A DNA stretch of 64,000 nt, taken from assembly GCF_009914755.1 (NCBI RefSeq), contig NC_060944.1; one strand, written 5' to 3'. This document shows, in pieces, positions 24,601 to 38,926 of this stretch (position 1 is the first letter of the stretch; every line of letters begins with the position of its first letter). Origin of the DNA: the human T2T-CHM13v2.0 reference genome, Homo sapiens. A program made the translations under genes and the position numbers. The notes below the pieces were generated by a model that was given only the letters and a program-made list of their open reading frames with translations, did not search any database and was not told where the DNA came from.

Positions 24601-27600
24601 TTGAACACTCCCTTTCACAGAGCAGGTTTGAAACACTCTTTTTGTAGTGTCTGTAAGTGAACATTTGGATTGCTTTCAGGCCTAAGGTGAAAAAGGAAAT
24701 ATCTTCCCATAAAAACTAGACAGAAGCATTCTCAGAAACTTGTTTGTGATGTGTGCCCTCTACTGACAGAGTTGAAGCTTTCTTTGCAAAGAGCAGTTTT
24801 GAAACACTCTTTTTGTAGAATCTGCAAGAGGATATTTGGATAGCTTTGAGGATTTCTTGGGAAACGGGAATGTCTTCAGATAAACTCTAGACAGAAGCAT
24901 TCTCAGAAACTTCTTTGGGATGTTTCAATTGAAGTCACAGTGTTGAACATTCCCTTTCACAGAGCAGGTTTGAAACACTCTTTTTGTAGTGTCTATAAGT
25001 GAACATTTGGCGTGCTTTCAGGCCTAACGTGAAAAAGGAAATATCTTCCCATAAAAACTAGACAGAAGCATTCTCAGAAACTTGTTCGTGATGTGTGCCC
25101 TCTACTGACAGAGTTGAACCTTTCTTTGCAAAGAGCAGCTTTGAAACACACTTTTTGTAGAATCTGCAAGAGGATATTTGGATAGCTTGGAGGATTTCGT
25201 TGGAAACGGGTATGTCTTCAGATAAACTCTAGACAGAAGCATTCTCAGAAACTTCTTTGGGATGTTGCATTCAAGTCACAGAGTAGAACATTCCCATTCA
25301 TAGAGCAGATTTGAAACACTCTTTTTGTAGTATCTGGAAGTGGACATTTGGAGCGCTTTCAGGCCTATGTTGAAAAAGGAAATATCTTCCCATAAAAACT
25401 AGACGGAAGCATTCTCAGAAACTTATTTGTGATGTGTTTGCTCAACTAACAGGATTGAACCATCGTTTTGAAGGAGCAGTTTTGCAACACTGTTTTCGTG
25501 GAATCTGCAAGTGGATATTTGGCTAGCTTTGAGGATTTCGTTGGAAACGGGATTACATATAAAAAGGAGACAGCAGCATTCTCAGAAACTTCTTTGTGAT
25601 GTCTGCATTCAATTCACAGAGTTGAGCATTCCCTTTCATAGAGCAGGTTGGAAACACTCTTTTTGTAGTATCTGGATGAGGACATTTGGAGCGCTTTCAG
25701 GCGTATGGTGAAAAAGGAAATATCTTCCCGTAAAAACTAGACAGAAGCATTCTCAGAAGTTTATTTGTGATGTGTGCCCTCAACTAACAGAGTTGAACCT
25801 TTCTTTTGATAGAGCAGTTTTGAAACACTCTTTTTGTAAAATCTGCAAGAGGATATTTGGATAGCTTTGAGGATTTCGTTGCAAACGAGAATGGCTTCAT
25901 ATAAACTCTAGACAGAAGCATTCTCAGAAACTTCGTTGGGATGTTTCGATTGAAGTCCCAGTGTTGAACATTCCCTTTTATAGAGCAGGTTGGAAACACT
26001 CTTTCTGCATTCCCTGGAAGTGGACATTTGGAGCGCTTTCAGGACGACGGTGAAAATGGAAATATCTTCCAAGAAAATCTAGATAGAAGCAATGTCAGAA
26101 ACTTTTATGTGATGGATCTACTCAGCTAACAGAGTTGAACCTTTCTTTTGAGAGAGCAGTTTTGCAACACTCTTTTTGTGGAATATGCAAGTGGATATTA
26201 GGGCAGCTTTGAGGATTTCGTTGGAAACGGGAATACATGTAAAAAGCAGACAGCAGCATTCTCAGAAACTTCTTTATGATGTTTGCATTGAAGTCACAGA
26301 GTTGAACATTCCCTTTGAGAGAGCAGGTTTGAAACACGCCTTTTGTCATATCTGGAAGTGTCCATTCGGAGCGCATTCAGGCTTGTGTTGAAAAAGGAAA
26401 TATCCTCCCATAAAAACTAGACAGAAGCATTCTCAGAAACTTATCTGTGATGTATGTACTCAACTAACAGAACTAAACCATCGTTTTGAAGGAGCAGTTT
26501 TGAAACACTCTTTTTGCGGAATCTGCAAGTGGATATTTGGCTAGCTGGGAGGATTTCGTTGGAAACGGGATTACATACAAAAAGCAGACAGCAGCATTCT
26601 CAGAAACTTCTTTGTGATGTTTGCATTCAAGTCACAGAGTTGAACATTCCCTTTCATAGAGCAGGTTTGAAACACTCTTTTTGTAGTATCTGGATGTGGA
26701 CATTTGGATCGCTTTCAGGCCTATGGTGAAAAAGGAAATATCTTCCCATGAAGACTAGACAGAAGCATTCTCAGAAACTTATTTGTGATGTGTGCCCTCA
26801 ACTGACAGTGTTGAACCTTTGTTTTGATAGAGCAGTTCTGAAACACACTTTTTGTAAAATCTGCAAGAGGATATTTGGATAGCTTTGAGGATTTCGTTGG
26901 AAACGGGAATGTCTTCATGTAAACTCTAGACAGAAGCATTCTCAGAAACTGCTTTGGGATGTTTCAATTGAAGTCCCAGTGTTGAACATTCCCATTCATA
27001 GAGCAGGTTTGAAACACTCTTTCTGTACTATCTGGAAGTGGACATTTGGAGCGCTTTCAGGTCTACGGTGAAAAAGGAGATATCTTCCAATAAAAACTAG
27101 ATAGAAGCAATGTCAGAACTTTTTTCATGATGTATCTACTCAGCAAACAGAGTTGAACCTTTCTTTTGAGAGAGCAGTTTTGAAACACTCTTTTTGTGGA
27201 ATATGCAAGTGGGTATTAGGCCAGCTTGGAGGATTTCGTTGGAAACGGGAATACGTATAAAAAGCAGACAGCAGCATTGTCAGAAACTACTTTGTGATGT
27301 TTGCATTCAAGTCACAGAATTGAACACTCCCTTTCACAGAGCAGGTTTGAAACACTCTTTTTGTAGTGTCTGTAAGTGAACATTTGGATTGCTTTCAGGC
27401 CTAAGGTGAAAAAGGAAATATTTTCCCATAAAAACTAGACAGAAGCATTCTCAGAAACTTGTTTGTGATGTGTGCCCTCTACTGACAGAGTTGAAGCTTT
27501 CTTTGCAAAGAGCAGTTTTGAAACACTCTTTTTGTAGAATCTGCAAGAGGATATTTGGTTAGCTTTGAGGATTTCTTGGGAAACGGGAATGTCTTCAGAT

Positions 27601-30600
27601 AAACTCTAGACAGAAGCATTCTCAGAAACTTCTTTGGGATGTTTCAATTGAAGTCACAGTGTTGAACATTCCCTTTCACAGAGCAGGTTTGAAACACTCT
27701 TTTTGTAGTGTCTATAAGTGAACATTTGGCGTGCTTTCAGGCCTAACGTGAAAAAGGAAATATCTTCCCATAAAAACTAGACAGAAGCATTCTCAGAAAC
27801 TTGTTCTTGATGTGTCCCCTCTACTGACAGAGTTGAACCTTTCTTTGCAAAGAGCAGCTTTGAAACACTCTTTTTGTAGAATCTGCAAGAGGATATTTGG
27901 ATAGCTTGGAGGATTTCGTTGGAAACGGGTATGTCTTCAGATAAACTCTAGACAGAAGCATTCTCAGAAACTTCTTTGGGATGTTGCATTCAAGTCACAG
28001 AGTAGAACATTCCCATTCATAGAGCAGATTTGAAACACTCTTTTTGTAGTATCTGGAAGTGGACATTTGGAGCGCTTTCAGGCCTATGTTGAAAAAGGAA
28101 ATATCTTCCCATAAAAACTAGACGGAAGCATTCTCAGAAACTTATTTGTGATGTGTTTGCTCAACTAACAGGATTGAACCATCGTTTTGAAGGAGCAGTT
28201 TTGAAACACTGTTTTCGTGGAATCTGCAAGTGGATATTTGGCTAGCTTTGAGGATTTCGTTGGAAACGGGATTACATATAAAAAGGAGACAGCAGCATTC
28301 TCAGAAACTTCTTTGTGATGTCTGCATTCAATTCACAGAGTTGAGCATTCCCTTTCATAGAGCAGGTTGGAAACACTCTTTTTGTAGTATCTGGATGAGG
28401 ACATTTGGAGCGCTTTCAGGCGTATGGTGAAAAAGGAAATATCTTCCCGTAAAAACTAGACAGAAGCATTCTCAGAAGTTTATTTGTGATGTGTGCCCTC
28501 AACTAACAGAGTTGAACCTTTCTTTTGATAGAGCAGTTTTGAAACACTCTTTTTGTAAAATCTGCAAGAGGATATTTGGATAGCTTTGAGGATTTCGTTG
28601 CAAACGGGAATGGCTTCATATAAACTCTAGACAGAAGCATTCTCAGAAACTTCGTTGGGATGTTTCGATTGAAGTCCCAGTGTTGAACATTCCCTTTTAT
28701 AGAGCAGGTTGGAAACACTCTTTCTGCATTCCCTGGAAGTGGACATTTGGAGCGCTTTCAGGACGACGGTGAAAATGGAAATATCTTCCAAGAAAATCTA
28801 GATAGAAGCAACGTCAGAAACTTTTATGTGATGGATCTACTCAGCTAACAGAGTTGAACCTTTCTTTTGAGAGAGCAGTTTTGCAACACTCTTTTTGTGG
28901 AATATGCAAGTGGATATTAGGGCAGCTTTGAGGATTTCGTTGGAAACGGGAATACATGTAAAAAGCAGACAGCAGCATTCTCAGAAACTTCTTTGTGATG
29001 TTTGCATTGAAGTCACAGAGTTGAACATTCCCTTTGAGAGAGCAGGTTTGAAACACGCCTTTTGTCATATCTGGAAGTGTCCATTCGGAGCGCATTCAGG
29101 CTTGTGTTGAAAAAGGAAATATCCTCCCATAAAAACTAGACAGAAGCATTCTCAGAAACTTATTTGTGATGTATGTACTCAACTAACAGAACTAAACCAT
29201 CGTTTTGAAGGAGCAGTTTTGAAACACTCTTTTTGCGGAATCTGCAAGTGGATATTTGGCTAGCTGGGAGGATTTCGTTGGAAACGGGATTACATACAAA
29301 AAGCAGAGAGCAGCATTCTCAGAAACTTCTTTGTGATGTTTGCATTCAAGTCACAGAGTTGAACATTCCCTTTCATAGAGCAGGTTTGAAACACTCTTTT
29401 TGTAGTATCTGGATGTGGACATTTGGATCGCTTTCAGGCCTATGGTGAAAAAGGAAATATCTTCCCATGAAAACTAGACAGAAGCATTCTCAGAAACTTA
29501 TTTGTGATGTGTGCCCTCAACTGACAGTGTTGAACCTTTGTTTTGATAGAGCAGTTCTGAAACACACTTTTTGTAAAATCTGCAAGAGGATATTTGGATA
29601 GCTTTGAGGATTTCGTTGGAAACGGGAATGTCTTCATGTAAACTGTAGACAGAAGCATTCTCAGAAACTGCTTTGGGATGTTTCAATTGAAGTCCCAGTG
29701 TTGAACATTCCCATTCATAGAGCAGGTTTGAAACACTCTTTTTGTACTATCTGGAAGTGGACATTTGGAGCGCTTTCAGGTCTACGGTGAAAAAGGAGAT
29801 ATCTTCCAATAAAAACTAGATAGAAGCAATGTCAGAACTTTTTTCATGATGTATCTACTCAGCAAACAGAGTTGAACCTTTCTTTTGAGAGAGCAGTTTT
29901 GAAACACTCTTTTTGTGGAATATGCAAGTGGGTATTAGGCCAGCTTGGAGGATTTCGTTGGAAACGGGAATACGTATAAAAAGCAGACAGCAGCATTGTC
30001 AGAAACTACTTTGTGATGTTTGCATTCAAGTCACAGAATTGAACACTCCCTTTCACAGAGCAGGTTTGAAACACTCTTTTTGTAGTGTCTGTAAGTGAAC
30101 ATTTGGATTGCTTTCAGGCCTAAGGTGAAAAAGGAAATATTTTCCCATAAAAACTAGACAGAAGCATTCTCAGAAACTTGTTTGTGATGTGTGCCCTCTA
30201 CTGACAGAGTTGAACCTTTCTTTGCAAAGAGCAGTTTTGAAACACTCTTTTTGTAGAATCTGCAAGAGGATATTTGGATAGCTTTGAGGATTTCTTGGGA
30301 AACGGGAATGTCTTCAGATAAACTCTAGACAGAAGCATTCTCAGAAACTTCTTTGGGATGTTTCAATTGAAGTCACAGTGTTGAACATTCCCTTTCACAG
30401 AGCAGGTTTGAAACACTCTTTTTGTAGTGTCTATAAGTGAACATTTGGCGTGCTTTCAGGCCTAACGTGAAAAAGGAAATATCTTCCCATAAAAACTAGA
30501 CGGAAGCATTCTCAGAAACTTGTTCTTGATGTGTCCCCTCTACTGACAGAGTTGAACCTTTCTTTGCAAAGAGCAGCTTTGAAACACTCTTTTTGTAGAA

Positions 30601-33600
30601 TCTGCAAGAGGATATTTGGATAGCTTGGAGGATTTCGTTGGAAACGGGTATGTCTTCAGATAAACTCTAGACAGAAGCATTCTCAGAAACTTCTTTGGGA
30701 TGTTGCATTCAAGTCACAGAGTAGAACATTCCCATTCATAGAGCAGATTTGAAACACTCTTTTTGTAGTATCTGGAAGTGGACATTTGGAGCGCTTTCAG
30801 GCCTATGTTGAAAAAGGAAATATCTTCCCATAGAAACTAGACGGAAGCATTCTCAGAAACTTATTTGTGATGTGTTTGCTCAACTAACAGGATTGAACCA
30901 TCGTTTTGAAGGAGCAGTTTTGAAACACTGTTTTCGTGGAATCTGCAAGTGGATATTTGGCTAGCTTTGAGGATTTCGTTGGAAACGGGATTACATATAA
31001 AAAGGAGACAGCAGCATTCTCAGAAACTTCTTTGTGATGTCTGCATTCAATTCACAGAGTTGAGCATTCCCTTTCATAGAGCAGGTTGGAAACACTCTTT
31101 TTGTAGTATCTGGATGAGGACATTTGGAGCGCTTTCAGGCATATGGTGAAAAAGGAAATATCTTCCCGTAAAAACTAGACAGAAGCATTCTCAGAAGTTT
31201 ATTTGTGATGTGTGCCCTCAACTAACAGAGTTGAACCTTTCTTTTGATAGAGCAGTTTTGAAACACTCTTTTTGTAAAATCTGCAAGAGGATATTTGGAT
31301 AGCTTTGAGGATTTCGTTGCAAACGGGAATGGCTTCATATAAACTCTAGACAGAAGCATTCTCAGAAACTTCGTTGGGATGTTTCGATTGAAGTCCCAGT
31401 GTTGAACATTCCCTTTTATAGAGCAGGTTGGAAACACTCTTTCTGCATTCCCTGGAAGTGGACATTTGGAGCGCTTTCAGGACGACGGTGAATATGGAAA
31501 TATCTTCCAAGAAAATCTAGATAGAAGCAAAGTCAGAAACTTTTATGTGATGGATCTACTCAGCTAACAGAGTTGAACCTTTCTTTTGAGAGAGCAGTTT
31601 TGCAACACTCTTTTTGTGGAATATGCAAGTGGATATTAGGGCAGCTTTGAGGATTTCGTTGGAAACGGGAATACATGTAAAAAGCAGACAGCAGCATTCT
31701 CAGAAACTTCTTTGTGATGTTTGCATTGAAGTCACAGAGTTGAACATTCCCTTTGAGAGAGCAGGTTTGAAACACGCCTTTTGTCATATCTGGAAGTGTC
31801 CATTCAGAGCGCATTCAGGCTTGTGTTGAAAAAGGAAATATCCTCCCATAAAAACTAGACAGAAGCATTCTCAGAAACTTATTTGTGATGTATGTACTCA
31901 ACTAACAGAACTAAACCATCGTTTTGAAGGAGCAGTTTTGAAACACTCTTTTTGCGGAATCTGCAAGTGGATATTTGGCTAGCTGGGAGGATTTCGTTGG
32001 AAACGGGATTACATACAAAAAGCAGAGAGCAGCATTCTCAGAAACTTCTTTGTGATGTTTGCATTCAAGTCACAGAGTTGAACATTCCCTTTCATAGAGC
32101 AGGTTTGAAACACTCTTTTTGTAGTATCTGGATGTGGACATTTGGATCGCTTTCAGGCCTATGGTGAAAAAGGAAATATCTTCCCATGAAAACTAGACAG
32201 AAGCATTCTCAGAAACTTATTTGTGATGTGTGCCCTCAACTGACAGTGTTGAACCTTTGTTTTGATAGAGCAGTTCTGAAACACACTTTTTGTAAAATCT
32301 GCAAGAGGATATTTGGATAGCTTTGAGGATTTCGTTGGAAACGGGAATGTCTTCATGTAAACTCTAGACAGAAGCATTCTCAGAAACTGCTTTGGGATGT
32401 TTCAATTGAAGTCCCAGTGTTGAACATTCCCATTCATAGAGCAGGTTTGAAACACTCTTTTTGTACTATCTGGAAGTGGACATTTGGAGCGCTTTCAGGT
32501 CTACGGTGAAAAAGGAGATATCTTCCAATAAAAACTAGATAGAAGCAATGTCAGAACTCTTTTCATGATGTATCTACTCAGCAAACAGAGTTGAACCTTT
32601 CTTTTGAGAGAGCAGTTTTGAAACACTCTTTTTGTGGAATATGCAAGTGGGTATTAGGCCAGCTTGGAGGATTTCGTTGGAAACGGGAATACGTATAAAA
32701 AGCAGACAGCAGCATTGTCAGAAACTACTTTGTGATGTTTGCATTCAAGTCACAGAATTGAACACTCCCTTTCACAGAGCAGGTTTGAAACACTCTTTTT
32801 GTAGTGTCTGTAAGTGAACATTTGGATTGCTTTCAGGCCTAAGGTGAAAAAGGAAATATCTTCCCATAAAAACTAGACAGAAGCATTCTCAGAAACTTGT
32901 TTGTGATGTGTGCCCTCTACTGACAGAGTTGAAGCTTTCTTTGCAAAGAGCAGTTTTGAAACACTCTTTTTGTAGAATCTGCAAGAGGATATTTGGATAG
33001 CTTTGAGGATTTCTTGGGAAACGGGAATGTCTTCAGATAAACTCTAGACAGAAGCATTCTCAGAAACTTCTTTGGGATGTTTCAATTGAAGTCACAGTGT
33101 TGAACATTCCCTTTCACAGAGCAGGTTTGAAACACTCTTTTTGTAGTGTCTATAAGTGAACATTTGGCGTGCTTTCAGGCCTAACGTGAAAAAGGAAATA
33201 TCTTCCCATAAAAACTAGACAGAAGCATTCTCAGAAACTTGTTCTTGATGTGTCCCCTCTACTGACAGAGTTGAACCTTTCTTTCCAAAGAGCAGCTTTG
33301 AAACACTCTTTTTGTAGAATCTGCAAGAGGATATTTGGATAGCTTGGAGGATTTCGTTGGAAACGGGTATGTCTTCAGATAAACTCTAGACAGAAGCATT
33401 CTCAGAAACTTCTTTGGGATGTTGCATTCAAGTCACAGAGTAGAACATTCCCATTCATAGAGCAGATTTGAAACACTCTTTTTGTAGTATCTGGAAGTGG
33501 ACATTTGGAGCGCTTTCAGGCCTATGTTGAAAAAGGAAATATCTTCCCATAAAAACTAGACGGAAGCATTCTCAGAAACTTATTTGTGATGTGTTTGCTC

Positions 33601-36214
33601 AACTAACAGGATTGAACCATCGTTTTGAAGGAGCAGTTTTGAAACACTGTTTTCGTGGAATCTGCAAGTGGATATTTGGCTAGCTTTGAGGATTTCGTTG
33701 GAAACGGGATTACATATAAAAAGGAGACAGCAGCATTCTCAGAAACTTCTTTGTGATGTCTGCATTCAATTCACAGAGTTGAGCATTCCCTTTCATAGAG
33801 CAGGTTGGAAACACTCTTTTTGTAGTATCTGGATGAGGACATTTGGAGCGCTTTCAGGCGTATGGTGAAAAAGGAAATATCTTCCCGTAAAAACTAGACA
33901 GAAGCATTCTCAGAAGTTTATTTGTGATGTGTGCCCTCAACTAACAGAGTTGAACCTTTCTTTTGATAGAGCAGTTTTGAAACACTCTTTTTGTAAAATC
34001 TGCAAGAGGATATTTGGATAGTTTTGAGGATTTCGTTGCAAACGGGAATGGCTTCATATAAACTCTAGACAGAAGCATTCTCAGAAACTTCGTTGGGATG
34101 TTTCGATTGAAGTCCCAGTGTTGAACATTCCCTTTTATAGAGCAGGTTGGAAACACTCTTTCTGCATTCCCTGGAAGTGGACATTTGGAGCGCTTTCAGG
34201 ACGACGGTGAAAATGGAAATATCTTCCAAGAAAATCTAGATAGAAGCAATGTCAGAAACTTTTATGTGATGGATCTACTCAGCTAACAGAGTTGAACCTT
34301 TCTTTTGAGAGAGCAGTTTTGCAACACTCTTTTTGTGGAATATGCAAGTGGATATTAGGGCAGCTTTGAGGATTTCGTTGGAAACGGGAATACATGTAAA
34401 AAGCAGACAGCAGCATTCTCAGAAACTTCTTTGTGATGTTTGCATTGAAGTCACAGAGTTGAACATTCCCTTTGAGAGAGCAGGTTTGAAACACGCCTTT
34501 TGTCATATCTGGAAGTGTCCATTCGGAGCGCATTCAGGCTTGTGTTGAAAAAGGAAATATCCTCCCATAAAAACTAGACAGAAGCATTCTCAGAAACTTA
34601 TCTGTGATGTATGTACTCAACTAACAGAACTAAACCATCGTTTTGAAGGAGCAGTTTTGAAACACTCTTTTTGCGGAATCTGCAAGTGGATATTTGGCTA
34701 GCTGGGAGGATTTCGTTGGAAACGGGATTACATACAAAAAGCAGACAGCAGCATTCTCAGAAACTTCTTTGTGATGTTTGCATTCAAGTCACAGAGTTGA
34801 ACATTCCCTTTCATAGAGCAGGTTTGAAACACTCTTTTTGTAGTATCTGGATGTGGACATTTGGATCGCTTTCAGGCCTATGGTGAAAAAGGAAATATCT
34901 TCCCATGAAGACTAGACAGAAGCATTCTCAGAAACTTATTTGTGATGTGTGCCCTCAACTGACAGTGTTGAACCTTTGTTTTGATAGAGCAGTTCTGAAA
35001 CACACTTTTTGTAAAATCTGCAAGAGGATATTTGGATAGCTTTGAGGATTTCGTTGGAAACGGGAATGTCTTCATGTAAACTCTGGACAGAAGCATTCTC
35101 AGAAACTGCTTTGGGATGTTTCAATTGAAGTCCCAGTGTTGAACATTCCCTTTCATAGAGCAGGTTTGAAACACTCTTTTTGTACTATCTGGAAGTGGAC
35201 ATTTGGAGCGCTTTCAGGTCTACGGTGAAAAAGGAGATATCTTCCAATAAAAACTAGATAGAAGCAATGTCAGAACTTTTTTCATGATGTATCTACTCAG
35301 CAAACAGAGTTGAACCTTTCTTTTGAGAGAGCAGTTTTGAAACACTCTTTTTGTGGAATATGCAAGTGGGTATTAGGCCAGCTTGGAGGATTTCGTTGGA
35401 AACGGGAATACGTATAAAAAGCAGACAGCAGCATTGTCAGAAACTACTTTGTGATGTTTGCATTCAAGTCACAGAATTGAACACTCCCTTTCACAGAGCA
35501 GGTTTGAAACACTCTTTTTGTAGTGTCTGTAAGTGAACATTTGGATTGCTTTCAGGCCTAAGGTGAAAAAGGAAATATCTTCCCATAAAAACTAGACAGA
35601 AGCATTCTCAGAAACTTGTTTGTGATGTGTGCCCTCTACTGACAGAGTTGAACCTTTCTTTGCAAAGAGCAGTTTTGAAACACTCTTTTTGTAGAATCTG
35701 CAAGAGGATATTTGGATAGCTTTGAGGATTTCTTGGGAAACGGGAATGTCTTCAGATAAACTCTAGACAGAAGCATTCTCAGAAACTTCTTTGGGATGTT
35801 TCAATTGAAGTCACAGTGTTGAACATTCCCTTTCACAGAGCAGGTTTGAAACACTCTTTTTGTAGTGTCTATAAGTGAACATTTGGCGTGCTTTCAGGCC
35901 TAACGTGAAAAAGGAAATATCTTCCCATAAAAACTAGACAGAAGCATTCTCAGAAACTTGTTCGTGATGTGTGCCCTCTACTGACAGAGTTGAACCTTTC
36001 TTTGCAAAGAGCAGCTTTGAAACACACTTTTTGTAGAATCTGCAAGAGGATATTTGGATAGCTTGGAGGATTTCGTTGGAAACGGGTATGTCTTCAGATA
36101 AACTCTAGACAGAAGCATTCTCAGAAACTTCTTTGGGATGTTGCATTCAAGTCACAGAGTAGAACATTCCCATTCATAGAGCAGATTTGAAACACTCTTT
36201 TTGTAGTATCTGGA

Positions 36215-38926
36215 AGTGGACATTTGGAGCGCTTTCAGGCCTATGTTGAAAAAGGAAATATCTTCCCATAAAAACTAGACGGAAGCATTCTCAGAAACTT
36301 ATTTGTGATGTGTTTGCTCAACTAACAGGATTGAACCATCGTTTTGAAGGAGCAGTTTTGAAACACTGTTTTCGTGGAATCTGCAAGTGGATATTTGGCT
36401 AGCTTTGAGGATTTCGTTGGAAACGGGATTACATATAAAAAGGAGACAGCAGCATTCTCAGAAACTTCTTTGTGATGTCTGCATTCAATTCACAGAGTTG
36501 AGCATTCCCTTTCATAGAGCAGGTTGGAAACACTCTTTTTGTAGTATCTGGATGAGGACATTTGGAGCGCTTTCAGGCGTATGGTGAAAAAGGAAATATC
36601 TTCCCGTAAAAACTAGACAGAAGCATTCTCAGAAGTTTATTTGTGATGTGTGCCCTCAACTAACAGATTTGAACCTTTCTTTTGATAGAGCAGTTTTGAA
36701 ACACTCTTTTTGTAAAATCTGCAAGAGGATATTTGGATAGCTTTGAGGATTTCGTTGCAAACGGGAATGGCTTCATATAAACTCTAGACAGAAGCATTCT
36801 CAGAAACTTCGTTGGGATGTTTCGATTGAAGTCCCAGTGTTGAACATTCCCTTTTATAGAGCAGGTTGGAAACACTCTTTCTGCATTCCCTGGAAGTGGA
36901 CATTTGGAGCGCTTTCAGGACGACGGTGAAAATGGAAATATCTTCCAAGAAAATCTAGATAGAAGCAATGTCAGAAACTTTTATGTGATGGATCTACTCA
37001 GCTAACAGAGTTGAACCTTTCTTTTGAGAGAGCAGTTTTGCAACACTCTTTTTGTGGAATATGCAAGTGGATATTAGGGCAGCTTTGAGGATTTCGTTGG
37101 AAACGGGAATACATGTAAAAAGCAGACAGCAGCATTCTCAGAAACTTCTTTGTGATGTTTGCATTGAAGTCACAGAGTTGAACATTCCCTTTGAGAGAGC
37201 AGGTTTGAAACACGCCTTTTGTCATATCTGGAAGTGTCCATTCGGAGCGCATTCAGGCTTGTGTTGAAAAAGGAAATATCCTCCCAGAAAAACTAGACAG
37301 AAGCATTCTCAGAAACTTATGTGTGATGTATGTACTCAACTAACAGAACTAAACCATCGTTTTGAAGGAGCAGTTTTGAAACACTCTTTTTGCGGAATCT
37401 GCAAGTGGATATTTGGCTAGCTGGGAGGATTTCGTTGGAAACGGGATTACATACAAAAAGCAGAGAGCAGCATTCTCAGAAACTTCTTTGTGATGTTTGC
37501 ATTCAAGTCACAGAGTTGAACATTCCCTTTCATAGAGCAGGTTTGAAACACTCTTTTTGTAGTATCTGGAAGTGGACATTTGGAGCGCTTTCAGGCCTAT
37601 GTTGAAAAAGGAAATATCTTCCCATAAAAACTAGACGGAAGCATTCTCAGAAACTTATTTGTGATGTGTTTGCTCAACTAACAGGATTGAACCATCGTTT
37701 TGAAGGAGCAGTTTTGAAACACTGTTTTCGTGGAATCTGCAAGTGGATATTTGGCTAGCTTTGAGGATTTCGTTGGAAACGGGATTACATATAAAAAGGA
37801 GACAGCAGCATTCTCAGAAACTTCTTTGTGATGTCTGCATTCAATTCACAGAGTTGAGCATTCCCTTTCATAGAGCAGGTTGGAAACACTCTTTTTGTAG
37901 TATCTGGATGAGGACATTTGGAGCGCTTTCAGGCGTATGGTGAAAAAGGAAATATCTTCCCGTAAAAACTAGACAGAAGCATTCTCAGAAGTTTATTTGT
38001 GATGTGTGCCCTCAACTAACAGAGTTGAACCTTTCTTTTGATAGAGCAGTTTTGAAACACTCTTTTTGTAAAATCTGCAAGAGGATATTTGGATAGTTTT
38101 GAGGATTTCGTTGCAAACGGGAATGGCTTCATATAAACTCTAGACAGAAGCATTCTCAGAAACTTCGTTGGGATGTTTCGATTGAAGTCCCAGTGTTGAA
38201 CATTCCCTTTTATAGAGCAGGTTGGAAACACTCTTTCTGCATTCCCTGGAAGTGGACATTTGGAGCGCTTTCAGGACGACGGTGAAAATGGAAATATCTT
38301 CCAAGAAAATCTAGATAGAAGCAATGTCAGAAACTTTTATGTGATGGATCTACTCAGCTAACAGAGTTGAACCTTTCTTTTGAGAGAGCAGTTTTGCAAC
38401 ACTCTTTTTGTGGAATATGCAAGTGGATATTAGGGCAGCTTTGAGGATTTCGTTGGAAACGGGAATACATGTAAAAAGCAGACAGCAGCATTCTCAGAAA
38501 CTTCTTTGTGATGTTTGCATTGAAGTCACAGAGTTGAACATTCCCTTTGAGAGAGCAGGTTTGAAACACGCCTTTTGTCATATCTGGAAGTGTCCATTCG
38601 GAGCGCATTCAGGCTTGTGTTGAAAAAGGAAATATCCTCCCATAAAAACTAGACAGAAGCATTCTCAGAAACTTATCTGTGATGTATGTACTCAACTAAC
38701 AGAACTAAACCATCGTTTTGAAGGAGCAGTTTTGAAACACTCTTTTTGCGGAATCTGCAAGTGGATATTTGGCTAGCTGGGAGGATTTCGTTGGAAACGG
38801 GATTACATACAAAAAGCAGAGAGCAGCATTCTCAGAAACTTCTTTGTGATGTTTGCATTCAAGTCACAGAGTTGAACATTCCCTTTCATAGAGCAGGTTT
38901 GAAACACTCTTTTTGTAGTATCTGGA
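36215..38926 (+). repeat. Tandem 2 x 1,356-bp 8-mer (HOR variant 1); junction within 37542-37570
   Basis: Anchor step 35351->39426 is 4,075 = 2,719+1,356. The ORF MDIWLALR... occurs at 36387 and 37743, and the hybrid ORF at 37390 ends ...SIWKWTFGALSGLC. Confidence 0.95.
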
